Shown here: positions 24,160 through 36,213 of the stretch, piece after piece | Layout of the letters: every line of letters starts with the position of its first letter | Position numbering within the stretch: position 1 is the stretch's first letter | Source of the DNA: Pelagomonas calceolata | Lineage: Eukaryota | Length of the DNA: 64,000 bases | Direction of reading: 5' to 3' | Assembly (NCBI GenBank): GCA_918797485.1 | Contig: CAKKNE010000002.1 | Coordinates: 3,596,001-3,660,000 of the forward strand | Notes under the pieces: generated by a model | What the model was told of the DNA's origin: nothing | Seen by the model: the letters and a program-made list of their open reading frames with translations, nothing else | Database searches by the model: none | Program-made: the position numbers and the translations under genes

Positions 24160-24588
24160 GGAAGTGTGGTATGTGCAACCTAGAACGTGCTCACAATTCC
24201 CAGCCACCAACAATGCCAAGTCACAGAGCCCCCTTCCGCGCCCCAGGGAAGGCCCTGGGAGGATGGACCGGTGAGCTCAGTGCTGGTTATGATGAACAAA
24301 CGCCCACCGCATGAGAGCCGCCCGGGCCCAGGACGTTCCTGCACCCAACTCCATTGTCAACTTCAAGTTCTCTTGTTGGGCCCGTACTGGTGGAATATAG
24401 ATTTGCCTGTGGAAGGCGCCGAACTTTAATTTCCCCGTCAGTTGGGCAATGTACAGTAATTTGTCAGTAACGAGGTTATATGAGCTGCCCGATGCTAATT
24501 TAGTGTCGTACACAACTCCTGTGCATTCAGCTGTCTTGCTTCTTACACCGACACCTGGACTTGGGTAGACGCCAGCCGGTACGTATAT

Positions 24589-26677
24589 TCAAAGTAGATG
24601 CCCACGCCCGACGATTGAAGCAAGGAGCTTTGTCTTGTTTCGCTCTTCAAAAGCAAGCAGTCGGCTCTGCCATGATTCAGTAGACTCATCCTCGAATGGC
24701 AAAAGGGCCAAAGTGTAAAGTTCTCGGGCATTGCGATGGAGTTGGTCACATGAGGCTCCTTTGAGACCATGGAGATGGAGGAAGGTAGCTAATCTTGGGG
24801 CACTCCAGCCTTGACGTTCTTCTTTGAATTTCATCTCAGTTTTGCAGCGCCAAAGGCATGATTCTCCCTTCTTTGTCATACTAGACTTGAAATTACCGAG
24901 CCACAGCCACGCCCCAGGAATCCCATCTAGCTCCCGGGCTCCCTGTCTGGTGTGCACAAGAGTGTGAACAAGCTGAATGCCATTCTGTTGGATACTTGTT
25001 TGAGAGAGTTGGGATCGTAAGACACCGTAAATAATGGGCAGGGCATGTGATGAGGCTAAGCTGGCGTGAATATCTCCCAAAACAACAGTTACTTGCTGTA
25101 GCATCGCAACTGCCGCTGCGAGGGCATTTATGCCCAGCTCAACCTCATCGTTTCTTCGAGCAGTGTAGTTTTGGATGGCAGCAATTAAGCTAAAACATGT
25201 CTCAGCCACTCCAGCATCGCGTAGCGTGGTACCGGCTGAGCTATCGTACGAACTTAGTTGCTCGAGGATTCGGCAGGCCATCTGGAGGAGAACAAAGGCA
25301 AACTGGATCTGTTGTCTATCCAAGCCGGGTATTGGGCTCGTGGCTGGCCCAGGTTCAACGTTCTCGGCTTCTCCCAGGTACGACATGCCCAGCCAAATAT
25401 TTTCAACGATTGTGTGATAAGACATTGGGTGGGGCTTATGTTTGAGCCCTTTTGTTGGTGCGTCTGAGTCACCTCGGTGACGAAAAAAGAGCAGGGCGTG
25501 CTGGGATGCAGATGAGGTAGTTGCTGCAACAAGGGAAGTCAAAAGGTTGCAGCGGTAGGACGTATGCCGCCCTGAATTCCTGTGATGCAAAACATTTCAA
25601 GGAGGACTAGACTGCACGTAGACGCCGCTGCGAGATGACAGTAAAGCACCAAATACTGCAAGTGCAGTCTTGGGCCTGGCTGAAAGGCAGTCTCGTGTGG
25701 CATCACATTTAGCCAGCGCAGCCAAAATCCCTGCACACAGCATTTGGGCTTCTTGTAGAAGTTCAGATGGATGATGAACATGGTCGTCTGCTGCGTTGAA
25801 CACAGTTGTTGATCTGTTCATGTTTTCCATTAGCTGCATAATAAAATGCTGGACAACTTCAAGCATGCCGTGCCTTACAAGTGCGATGCAGCCTACTTCC
25901 GTGCCACAAAGTGCACACGCAGCACGGAGACTTTCGTTCACAGCCCGCTGGTGATCTGCATTTCTGAGAGATTTGACGAGCATTGGCACCTAGATGGGGA
26001 CGGATGATACCAATTTGACGGTAATACAAGGCCGACTTACATTATGAATGGTGCATGTGTGATGCGTAGTACCAAACGTATGCCCCTAATGTAGAAATTG
26101 TAGTGATGCCCACCAGAGCCATCTCAGATTTGGGTACGCACCATTGGGTACGCCGAAACGAGTCCTATGTTAACTCTGACACAGTGATCATGTCGCTTCA
26201 CTGTCAAATTCCTGTGCCATTTCGATCTTACTCTGCCAGCCTAGGGATATGGATTTTTGCAAGGGATTTCAATTGTGCTGACCAGTGCTCGTCTGACAAC
26301 ACTTTTTGTCATCGAAGAATCAGCCGCTATCTGGAACAGTTTCCAACGTTCCTGCATTATGGGGTCGCATGGAGTAGCTAACTTATCTGAACTTCCACAG
26401 CAAGACCAATATCCACCACCTGAGTAACGTCCTAAGCGGTACTGTTTTTTTTTCCAGCGGCCAGGGTGCTTCAACTTTCCCTCCGGAATAAATCTAGGCA
26501 GTGCATAACATTATTTAGAAGCCAGCTTACCGATTAAATTGTTCCTTGAATGGAGTGGTAGTGATCGTCGAATTTCCCCACATCTTTTTTCACAAGGCTG
26601 ATTGTATATTATAAACGGAGAAGCTTGCGTAATTACATATAGCTGTACACCGTGGAAGGATAGCGAAGGATTCCATT
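24589..26677 (-). CDS. Uncharacterised multi-exon armadillo-like helical protein with N-terminal HPG...WSCC zinc-finger-like motif
   Basis: Consecutive minus-strand ORFs (26241-26474, 25597-25989, 25539-25781, 24589-25590) separated by intron-sized gaps; KHPGRW...YWSCC...C resembles Btk-type zinc fingers; start codon uncertain. Confidence 0.55.
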
Positions 26678-27219
26678 GATTTCGGGTCACTTAGACGTAA
26701 ATGTATGGAGTATCATACCCACCGGGGGGGGGTTGGGGGTGTCTATACTGCAGTACGGTACTTTATCCTTGTAGGAGCGGAGTATGCTGGTCTAGATAGT
26801 GTTGGTGGTCTCGGCGTATGTTAGACAGTATCAGCGCCTTTGGCATCTGTTAAGCGATCGACGGCGGCCGGGGTCCTGCCGCAGATCCATTCCAATGTTG
26901 CGGGGTACCGGTCGCGAAAAAGGAATAAAAGGTTCTGTCAGTTTTCGACTGGCAAGCCACGTTCGATTCGGTCGCCGGGGCGGCCGCACGCATCATCATG
27001 CATGACAACGTCTACTCGACGGGACTTACTGCGGAAGTCGAGGGGCGACTGTCATTGAGCAAAAAGCCTACATGCGCGGAGTTGACAGATCCAGCTTGAC
27101 GCCCCCCACTGCGTCCTGGCGGCAGCTGAGCTTTTCAACACGATCACGCGGAAGTTCGGTCTGCCAACGCTGACGGTTGCGGCAAAGGATTATGCACTGC
27201 AGCAGCCCCGCGGGCAGGG

Positions 27220-27460
27220 CAATATAACAACAGGTAGTGTTTTTGTCCAACAAGGAAGTGCAGACATCAGCAAGCTCTATGTCCTGACGTCTGGTGCGGT
27301 GGGCGGTCTTCGTCGATGGTGATCACAAGCGGACCCTCGCTGCACCAGCCTTGTTTGGCGAGCTTTCTGTTATCTATGGACGGCGCGCATAGCCGAGGCT
27401 CGCGTCGTGGAGGATTATCGTGGCTCAAGTGGCCCGGTCCTCTTCACGCTCCACACAAAG
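27220..27460 (+). pseudogene. Frameshifted cyclic-nucleotide-binding domain remnant
   Basis: GSVFVQQGSADISKLYVLTSGAV / VFVDGDHKRTLAAPALFGELSVIYG / RIAEARVV...LFTL lie in different frames and together follow the cNMP consensus, including the FGEL phosphate-binding cassette. Confidence 0.7.
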
Positions 27461-27688
27461 GTACCTGACCGTGTGACTCTCAAGAAGACCAGTGACAACA
27501 TATCATGCAGGTGCCTGGGAGGAATTCGTGGCCATGGAGATCTGGGCACGATCTGGGCAGATATTCCGGCAGGCCGAATCGTCCCGCCCGAACCGTGACC
27601 CATTTGCTCATGGGGGACTACTGTTCAAATTCTTATTCGAGTTTCTTTGGGGGGGTGATTTCCTCGAAGCAGGCTTCCAAGTGGCAAA

Positions 27689-30600
27689 CTATGGCAGTCT
27701 CTTGTGCTCGTCGACCCACGGTTGACGAAAGGCCTGAAACTGAATAACATGCGCGGCATCACGCTGCGTGACATCACCTGGTCGCAGCACGTACGGGGCA
27801 GCGTCGTGCGACGACACTGTGCACCAGACGATTTCCAGACGTAGCTCGCGAACCCCCTTTTTGGTATAGTGGGCCTCCGCGACAACGTGCGCAGCAACTG
27901 TGCGGTCGCCCACCTGTGTAGGAATCAACCAGTGAGTCGGGTGCTGCAATGGCATGGAGTTTGCCCAGTTTTAAATGCGCCGTGAAATTTGATTTACACT
28001 TTGGAGCCGACGTGCTGTGGGCCAGTCGCATTCCTGGACCGACAATTGCCGCGATTGGCGTTTGACGCGAGAGGGCGGGCAGCACCGCGTGCCGGCTCGC
28101 CAAGAAGCGCTCCATTTCCGCCGCGATCGACGAGTAAGCGCTCCGTGAAGAGGATTGTATCGCCAACAACAATGTCACCGGCTGCACGCACAGAGAACTG
28201 CTCCGCTGCGCGGCGAGGGACGAGCATTTGTGGCTCGGAAGCAGTGGACGCTTGCGTGAGTGCGCTTGGCGGGCCACCATGACCGGCATCATTGAGGGCA
28301 CGAACACGAAAGCGGTAGGTGGAACGAGGCTGGAGCCCGCAGACGCGGACAGTTGTCTCATGCCCCTCGTACGAAACCTTCCAGTCGTACGACGCCGCCG
28401 TTGCGTTCGTTCGATGCCTCACGTGCGCTCGCACGGGTGCTGCCAGATGCCTGACCGTAGGAGTTGGCGCCTGTGCCGCCGTACCATCGTCTCGTGAGTT
28501 GACGAGACGGCTCTCGAGTACATATTTGGTAGCACCGCCAGGCCCAGCGCGCCAGTTGAGGACAATGGCTTTTGTTTCATCTCGAACGATGATTGGGGAC
28601 GATGGTGGAGCAGGGGCGGTCCAGACCTCCAGTGGGGGGGAAAGGCGCGAATGTGACCGCGGCGAGACAAGCCGAAGCGTAAACTTGTAGCGCGTGTTTG
28701 GCTCGAGGCCATGAACCTGCGCGCATAAAACCAAAATTTCTCGCTTGGGACCTTGCGTTGCCTGTTGCAGCGCAGATTGCGTCTAACGCCACTCCCGGGA
28801 AGCTTGGCCCAGCTGAGCTGTCTGTGTATTTGGGACGGAAGAAGGGGGCTCAATCCAGCTCAAGTAATTGAATTTTGTGTTGGGTACGGGGAAGACGTCG
28901 AGTCCCGCGCAGTAGACGTGCCTCAGTGCCGCGGCCGCTGCCACGGTACGTTGTCACGGTTCCGAGCGACGGGCCGCCAGCACTGCGCCCTGCGGGTACG
29001 CCTTGATCGCGTTGAAGGATGTGGGTGACCACATCCGCGTTCCACCAGGCCGCAAAGTGCGCCGTGCGCACTACATCTCGCGCGGCGTCACGAAGTTCGT
29101 CCCAGGCGGCGCGCAGCGCGGTGTCCTCAGCGTCGTGCGTCCGATGCGCACCTAGTCGCGTCAACACGTCGGGGAGTACCTTGCCGTCGAACGTGGCATC
29201 TTCACGTCCGTGGGAATAGCGTGCGAGAACAGCCGTGAGGCTCACGGCGCCCTCGTCCTCGCCAGCCGCACCAGTCCACTCTGCAAGGATCCGATCCGAA
29301 GGGCCGCCGCCACGACCGTTCAGCCCATGACCACCAGTCAACTTATCGGTCGCGCCCAGCCACACGAGTTTCACTGTCGTAGAAGATACTGCGAAGCGCC
29401 TCTCAAAGCCCCCCACACCAACAACATCGCCATACGGTGGTGCAGAGGCACGCGGGTGTCGATTGGTGGTAGCGCGCACATGTGCACGCGCAAGCCGTGG
29501 CGGAGGTGGACTGTTGAGGAGCGTGTTTATGACTGTTGCGCGGCCAGACGGCGATGCCGCACCCGCTGCGTTGACTGCACGTACCCGAAACTGGTGCGCC
29601 GCGCCAGCGTCAAGCCCATTAATAGTCGCCTCACCAAAACGTGTTCGCAGGACTTCCTCCCACTCGCCATGCAATTCTGAAAGGCAGCGCTCAAGCACGT
29701 ATGTCGTCGGCGAGGCGAGGCGCTGAACATGGCGAGCGACAGCTGCATCAGCCGCTGCGCCGGCTGTGGCGTGTCCGCCGGCGCACGTGAGTGCATCTGC
29801 CAAAAATTGTGTCGTCTCCTCGCCATCACGACAGGTCGCGGTACCAAGGCAATCGCACAGCCAGGCCCAGTCGATGATGTCGTGATCCGAGCTTTCGAGA
29901 ATGTCGAGGAGTGATTGCCTCGCAGGGCCACTGTGGCCTGCACTACCGCTGCCGCTGAGGTGTGTGGCCGCCCCGCGTGTTGTTGTCACGCCCTGCAGGA
30001 ATGATAGGAGCGGTGCGTAGTGCGCAGCAACAACACGGAGCCATTCAACGCGCGATGCATGCAAGCTACCGGCGGATACTTCGTCAAATGATCGTCGGAG
30101 CTCGACAGCACGACGCGCAACCATGTCAGGCACAGTCCACCGCAGCACGACCGCTCGCGCGCCCACGCGGACCGGGACCGGTGCGATTGGTCGCGCGGGT
30201 GGCGTCGAGAATCGCCGCCACACGTACGGACCCGGGCCAACGCCATTGAATGCGCGGAGGCGAAACACATATGTCGTGTCCGGTGTGAGGCCTGATACGA
30301 CATGCTGAAACGAAAAAGAGTCATCACGTGCGGTCGGTGGATCGCGAGCGATTTCGGAGAACGCATTTTCGCGCTGAGCGCGCGACCCCAGTGCTCCCGA
30401 GAACTCAAGCGAGAAAAACGAAACCGGTCCCACGACCTGCGCGACCCCACCAATCTGATGCGACACGGACGAGCAAAGGCACGGTAGCGCACGGTTGTTT
30501 CATCTCCGTCCCCATTGTTTACACCCGGCCGCCACCGGAGGACGAGCCGTGACAGCAGCGCGTCCGACGGCGCGCCCTCGGCACGAAGCTCGTCAGGTCC

Positions 30601-33600
30601 TGCCGCCCAGAGGTCGGGAGCTGCGGGCGGTGTGCCGCGCGCAAGAGCCAGGCGCAGTCGCGCTTCTTTCCGTGCATTGTCGCTCACCGCCAAGAGTGCG
30701 TCAAGCGCCGCGCGCCGTGGTGCGCCCCAGACGCCAAACGCCTCTGCCTGCGACGAGGCTGGCGGAACATCCGAGGCGCTAAACCATGCACTGTATGCGG
30801 CGAGGTCCGAGCGAGGTTCGCTTGCCCCCGATAATGCCGCGGCAGAGATGCTGCAGCTGTCGGGGAGCTCGGAAGCAAGATCATGCGGCAGCGCGCAGCG
30901 TAGATCGTGTGGAAGCGGACAAAGTGTCTCGATGTCGTGGTGAGCCAGCGATTTGCTTACCATGCCAATGCGGCAGAGCAGTTCGATGCGCGCGGTCCGC
31001 TCCGGATTTTTCCAGCGGCGCCGCACCTCGCCATTCGCGAGCGTCACATCAACCTCGCACCTGCACCGAGTGGGGGGGAAAGGGGGGGTTGGGGGTTGAC
31101 GCTAGACAAAATCATCCACGCCGCTGCGCACGGACCCGCACGAACGCGCGCAGGACTTGCCGTGACGCGGAACCTGCGCGGGGCTCGTCTGGCACCTCAG
31201 GTTGTTCCATCCCGAGCTCATTCGAGATGCCTGAGCGCGCAACCAGAGCCTGATTTGCTTTTGGCAAACGCAGCCTGAACAAGACCAGAGGGAGCCTGCT
31301 AGCAATCGCGACCAGTAGATTCGGCGCGAAGATCACACAAAATTTGACGCAGGCACAGCACGCATTCGGCATGCCCGTTTCAGGACACGTCGCCTCAAAG
31401 TGCGTCAAGCGTCGTAGGGCACGCCGGACGCCACCTGGACGAACAGGCGTAGCTAGCAGAGCCGAAATCTCGTCAAACGGCGCTGTTCCGTAGCCACTGT
31501 ACGCGTCGACACCTGCGTGACTTCAATATATATATACGAATCTACCACTTGACCTATTCCAAACCCAAAGAGTCGTCGCTTGTCCACGCAGAGCTATGCA
31601 GTCGATCAATTGTCTCGCCTCTTCGCGGGACAATGCAAGGCCACCTTCGTGGCAGCATCGCCGTAAGTCCCGCGCTGTGACCGTCGGCGGCACCTCGCCG
31701 CCCGATGCTGCGAGGCGCTTCCGAAGCCGCTCAAATGCACTTGCAAGATCACAACTTGACCCAAGCACCTTAACAAGCGATGCGCGAAGCGCACTGACGC
31801 CGCCGCACGACGGGTGGCGCGACACGTCACAGCCACGAGGTGCGAGTGCGCACCATACTGCGGTTGCGTTTGCCGGGGAAGCCGGTGCTTTGAGCGGCTG
31901 CGCCCACTCAAATACGTCACTGGCACGAGTTACACCTGCGGCGCTATCGTTGCCACCAAGCTGAGACCATTCCACCCAGTCACCGAGGAGCCCGCCGTCT
32001 ACGGCCTTGAGCAGGCCCCCAATACGGCGCCAGTACCGCAGCGCCGCTGCTGCACCAGCCTCGGCCGCCATATGCGCTGGTGGCTGGAGTGCTCTAAGAC
32101 AATCGAGCGCGCGAGCACGCCCTCGCCGAGCCGCGTTCCATCGCTCGAATTCACGTCGCGCATCGATGCGCCGCGCCCTTGCCGCACGCCGTCGCGCGGC
32201 GGTGTACTTCTCGTGTATCTCCTCAAAGCGATCTGCGTCAAAGTCTTCATCGGTGGCGTCACGTGTAGCGTCGAAGTTTGCCCGGAGCACGTGGCCGCGC
32301 GCCTGTGAGTGGGAACCGACGAATGTGGGGCATCGCAAAATCAACCCTTCCCATTTTGTGGCATCATCTGGTTGTGTGCCAGCATTTTGAAGGCCAAGCT
32401 GCTAGGTTTGGGTTTTGGGATCACTTCCACGCGGGTTGCGCGCCAGAAGCTGTCGCCGCGAACGCTCAAGATCGCCGTCCCGCCCAGGTGCGCCACGACC
32501 GAGCGCATGAACCCACACTAGACCCTGTCCGCGTGCGAGATCGAGCGCTGTGCTTGACACACGCTCCACACGTGGCCTTGTCGGTCCATTCTCGCCCCGG
32601 GAGAGATCCAGGCGCGGAATTGGCGGCGCTGGCTGGGCCGCTTCAGTCACTGGTACTCGGAGTCGTGTTCTATCCTTGCGTTTGACGAATCGAGCATGCG
32701 TAACCTGCGAGCGGAAAAATGCGCCTGCCGCTCGCACTGCTAGATTTGTTGACTCGTCACATAAATAGTGGGCCATGAGGCTCGGGGGAACAGGGCCTGC
32801 CGCGGATGAGTTCCACTCAGTCGGGTGACACGAGCCTTCTCCTCGCGCTCGCGCATCGCATCACGTGCCGCCACCCGCTGGATCTCTGAATCCGTCTCGA
32901 CCCAGGCTGCGAGTTGGCCTATTCCAAGGGCCCGCAGGCCAGCGGCCGCCGCACGGTTACGATCCACGGCCCCAGCGTCTGCCAGCGCACGGCCAAGGCG
33001 CGTTCGCGCCTCGCGTTGCGCTTCGCGCCACATAGTCCGACAATACCTTAGGAATATGGCATTCTGTGCACGCTGGTCGGCCGTCAGGTGTCCTACAGCC
33101 GGTGCTACTGTACCACTGTGCTGTTGAGCGGGCCACGCATACCGTAGCGTGGGCATGACGAGCCGGCCAGCCTCGTCACGGACTAGTTGTTGCGTCAGAG
33201 CATCGCTTAGACTACGTTCATTGGCTGCGGTGAGGGTCACGTCAGTAAAAGTGACGTCCCGTGTCGCACGCCGGCGGAAGACTTCAAATACTGACCGCCG
33301 CGTACCACGCACACCGTCGAGGGGCGGCGGCGCGCAAGTCTGCCGCGGCCTGTCGCCCCCGTGGGTTACCTCTTCCTCACTTTCCCCCGGTCCGGCCTCT
33401 GTCCGGAGGCTCTGGTCAACTGCCGCCAATGCAACGATGACATCACGAAACTTGGCCGGATCGTCCCAGCGCGACACATCTAGCGCATCAAGTAGGCGGC
33501 ATCCGCGTTCAAAAGTGTCCTGCGGGGGTGGTTATCCACGAGAACAGGATTAACTAGCGTAAGTCCCACGCACCTTGCGCTTCACCCACTGCTCAAACCC

Positions 33601-33675
33601 ATTGCGCGTCTTCGCTGACAGGTGTTCCTTCTTCTCGTCCCATCTGCTGGTCGCGGGCTGCTTGTGGTTTGCCAT
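27689..33675 (-). CDS. Large multi-exon protein with PriCT-2-like repeats, EF-hand-like segments, several fibronectin type III domains and a conserved C-terminal domain
   Basis: Chain of minus-strand ORFs; FN3 motifs GLTPDTTYVFRLRAFNGVG, GLDAGAAHQFRVRAVNAAG, GLEPNTRYKFTLR, GLQPRSTYRFRVRALNDAG; first intron 33520-33573; ATG at 33675; not all junctions resolved. Confidence 0.8.
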
Positions 33676-35067
33676 GGACGCCGGAGTTTGACGGTTGCTT
33701 GATAAGCGGCAAACGGCTACCAAAGCGACTACGACTGACAAAAATAACGACTCTACAAAAACATTTGGAACAAGTCGACTGGGTAGCCGGGCAGCCTGTA
33801 GGACATTCCAACGTCGATTGGAGTGGCGGATCCCAGGAGGGGAAATTGACTACACCAATCATGATGTACTAGTCACCCGGGCCGTAGTCACGGCGGGGAC
33901 TCCGAGTCCGACTCGGAGTCGCCAGGCTCCGGGCTAGCCGCAGTCATGGCCCGGGTAGGCTGAGTACATCATGAGTCTACTGACTTAAGTAAGGACGCAC
34001 TGGGCCACGGCCCACTGGCAGGCCGTGATTCAGAGTGTCCGAGTCTCAGTGCGATAAATAGGGTGAAATACCCCCCCTTATCCTATACCCTTCTATATAC
34101 ACTTACACACACACAACACGCCACGCGTAATTAAACACCGTCCGTAAACCAAACCACTTAGTGTATTTTAAGGTAGCTCTCCCCGCCGAGTCCCCGGCAG
34201 ACTATCTCAGCCGCCGTACTCCCAAAGGTGCGTACTCCTTTGGTCTTGCTTCATTCGCAGGTTATGGGCCCACAGTCCGAGTCCTAAGAGATACTTCGCC
34301 GTATTACCTTTTGAAATCCGACACATTGGCGAGTGACCACACTTCACTCGTTGGGAGAGAAAACCCAGCCCTTTGTTAGCATTTTAATAAAATGAGCACA
34401 GACTCAAATGGGCCTGATCAGGCTCAGAGTCAATCTGAGTCAGGTGTTGAAGCTTCCGAGTCTGACTCGGAGCCAACCACTCTGAATCCGGACAACATAG
34501 TCCAAAGCATATTAAATGAATGTTGTGAAGGCAAACCACAGTTTCAAGACTATGTCTTGAACCCACTGGCAGGACGAGGCTTGGACTCGGATTGGTCCGA
34601 CTCGGACTCCGAGTCGGCGAGTCGAGATAAACCCCGTCGGCGTGTACCCGAACCGGCGGCCAGCCCTCAAAGACGCATCACGGGTTTGCTCTGCCCTAGT
34701 AACCCAGCTTCAAGTTCGAGTTCTCCCCGCGTCCAACCTCAATTTGAAGTAAAGGTAGTCATGGGTAGCCACGGACCCCCTCAGACTTCCAAAATCTACT
34801 CTTGCTGGGCTTTTTTTTTGAAGCTGTTGGACGTCTAACTTAGCGCTAAAAGTAATTATGTCGAGGGAAGTGTTTTTTAGTCTAACTTAGCCTGTCAGCA
34901 GGAGTCAAAGAGACATAATATGAATGACAGTGCATATTGCGGTATTTCCTCAAATGCTAGCATGGGCGAATCTGGCTCTCTGCTTTCCAAACCGCTCAAT
35001 AATATGATGTTGGAAGGTGTCTGCGCTTGCTGGAACTGAAATATGTATATCTTGCTTAGATCCTAAT

Positions 35068-36213
35068 ATGCACAAACGCACCGACACCGATGAAATCGTG
35101 GGAAAACATGTCTTGCGTCGCCTAGAGCTTTGTCATCGCATTGGAAACGGTGCACATGGCATGGTATGGAAAGCTATAGAGAAACGTACCCGGCGAGCTG
35201 TTGCCGTGAAGAAATGCTTCAATGTACTGAGCCGAGTCAGAGATGCACAGCAAATGTACCGCGAGATAATGTACCTGCATCGGCTAACTGGCCACGACAA
35301 CATTATCAATATGCAGCATGTGATTCTGGCGGGTAACGGGCAAGATATGTACATTACATTTGAGTACATGCAAACTGACATGTACGCGGTCATTCGAGCG
35401 GCGATCTTGACACCAATTCATACAAAGTATATAGTATATCAACTTCTAAAGGCGCTCAAGTTTATTCACAGCGCGGGTGTGGTGCATCGAGATATAAAAC
35501 CATCAAATCTACTTTTAAATGACGACTGCCACTTAAAGGTCTGCGACTTTAGTCTCGCGCGCACTTTGGATCTAGACCAACTCGCTACAGAAGCTCCACT
35601 TACAGGTTATGTAGGGACTAGGTGGTATCGGGCAATTGAACTGTTACTAGGAAGTACGCACTACACGGTTGCTATAGACGTGTGGGCGGTCGGATGCGTC
35701 TATGCGGAGATGCTTTTGGGTCGACCGGTATTTCCGGGTGCATCAACGACAGGCCAAATCGTAAAAATACTGGAACTGATTGGCAGGCCCAGTATCCAAG
35801 AAATAGAGTCAGTTAATTCTGCTTATGCTTCGACTCTACTTGATATGCTTCCAATTGTTAGACCAGTGTCGTTTGTAGAAATGTTTCCAAATGTTAGCGC
35901 TGAAGCCCTTAATTTCCTAAGTCAGTGCTTATGTTATAATCCAAAGAGAGGTAATCGTTGTTCTGTGATAGACGGCTTGAGACATCCCCTGGTTGCTGAA
36001 TTTCATGATGCTGATGACGAACCCTCATCGACTAAGATATGTCTTGGGCTTAACGACAAACAACTCTTTAGAGCAATCGAGTACCAACGAGCTATATGTG
36101 ATGCTGTTTCGAAACGAAAGCTCACTGCGCGTAAGTTAGAACGTGCACTTATGGCAAATCCAGCTAGGACCATCCTGATGGAAAATGAAGAAACACTACC
36201 CGAGCCATTCTAA
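35068..36213 (+). CDS. Mitogen-activated protein kinase, ERK7/MAPK15-like, divergent, intronless
   Basis: GNGAHGMVWKA, AVKKCF...DAQ..YREIMYL, HRDIKPSNLL, TGYVGTRWYR; ATG at 35068. Confidence 0.9.
   Translation: MHKRTDTDEIVGKHVLRRLELCHRIGNGAHGMVWKAIEKRTRRAVAVKKCFNVLSRVRDAQQMYREIMYLHRLTGHDNIINMQHVILAGNGQDMYITFEYMQTDMYAVIRAAILTPIHTKYIVYQLLKALKFIHSAGVVHRDIKPSNLLLNDDCHLKVCDFSLARTLDLDQLATEAPLTGYVGTRWYRAIELLLGSTHYTVAIDVWAVGCVYAEMLLGRPVFPGASTTGQIVKILELIGRPSIQEIESVNSAYASTLLDMLPIVRPVSFVEMFPNVSAEALNFLSQCLCYNPKRGNRCSVIDGLRHPLVAEFHDADDEPSSTKICLGLNDKQLFRAIEYQRAICDAVSKRKLTARKLERALMANPARTILMENEETLPEPF

Noticed and set aside
27774..33553. Numerous antisense and alternate-frame ORFs
   Set aside because: Shadows of the GC-rich minus-strand FN3 gene with no recognisable motifs
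34392..34838. 148-aa Ser/Asp-rich ORF
   Set aside because: Composed of gactcgg-type words and a dispersed repeat segment; probably non-coding
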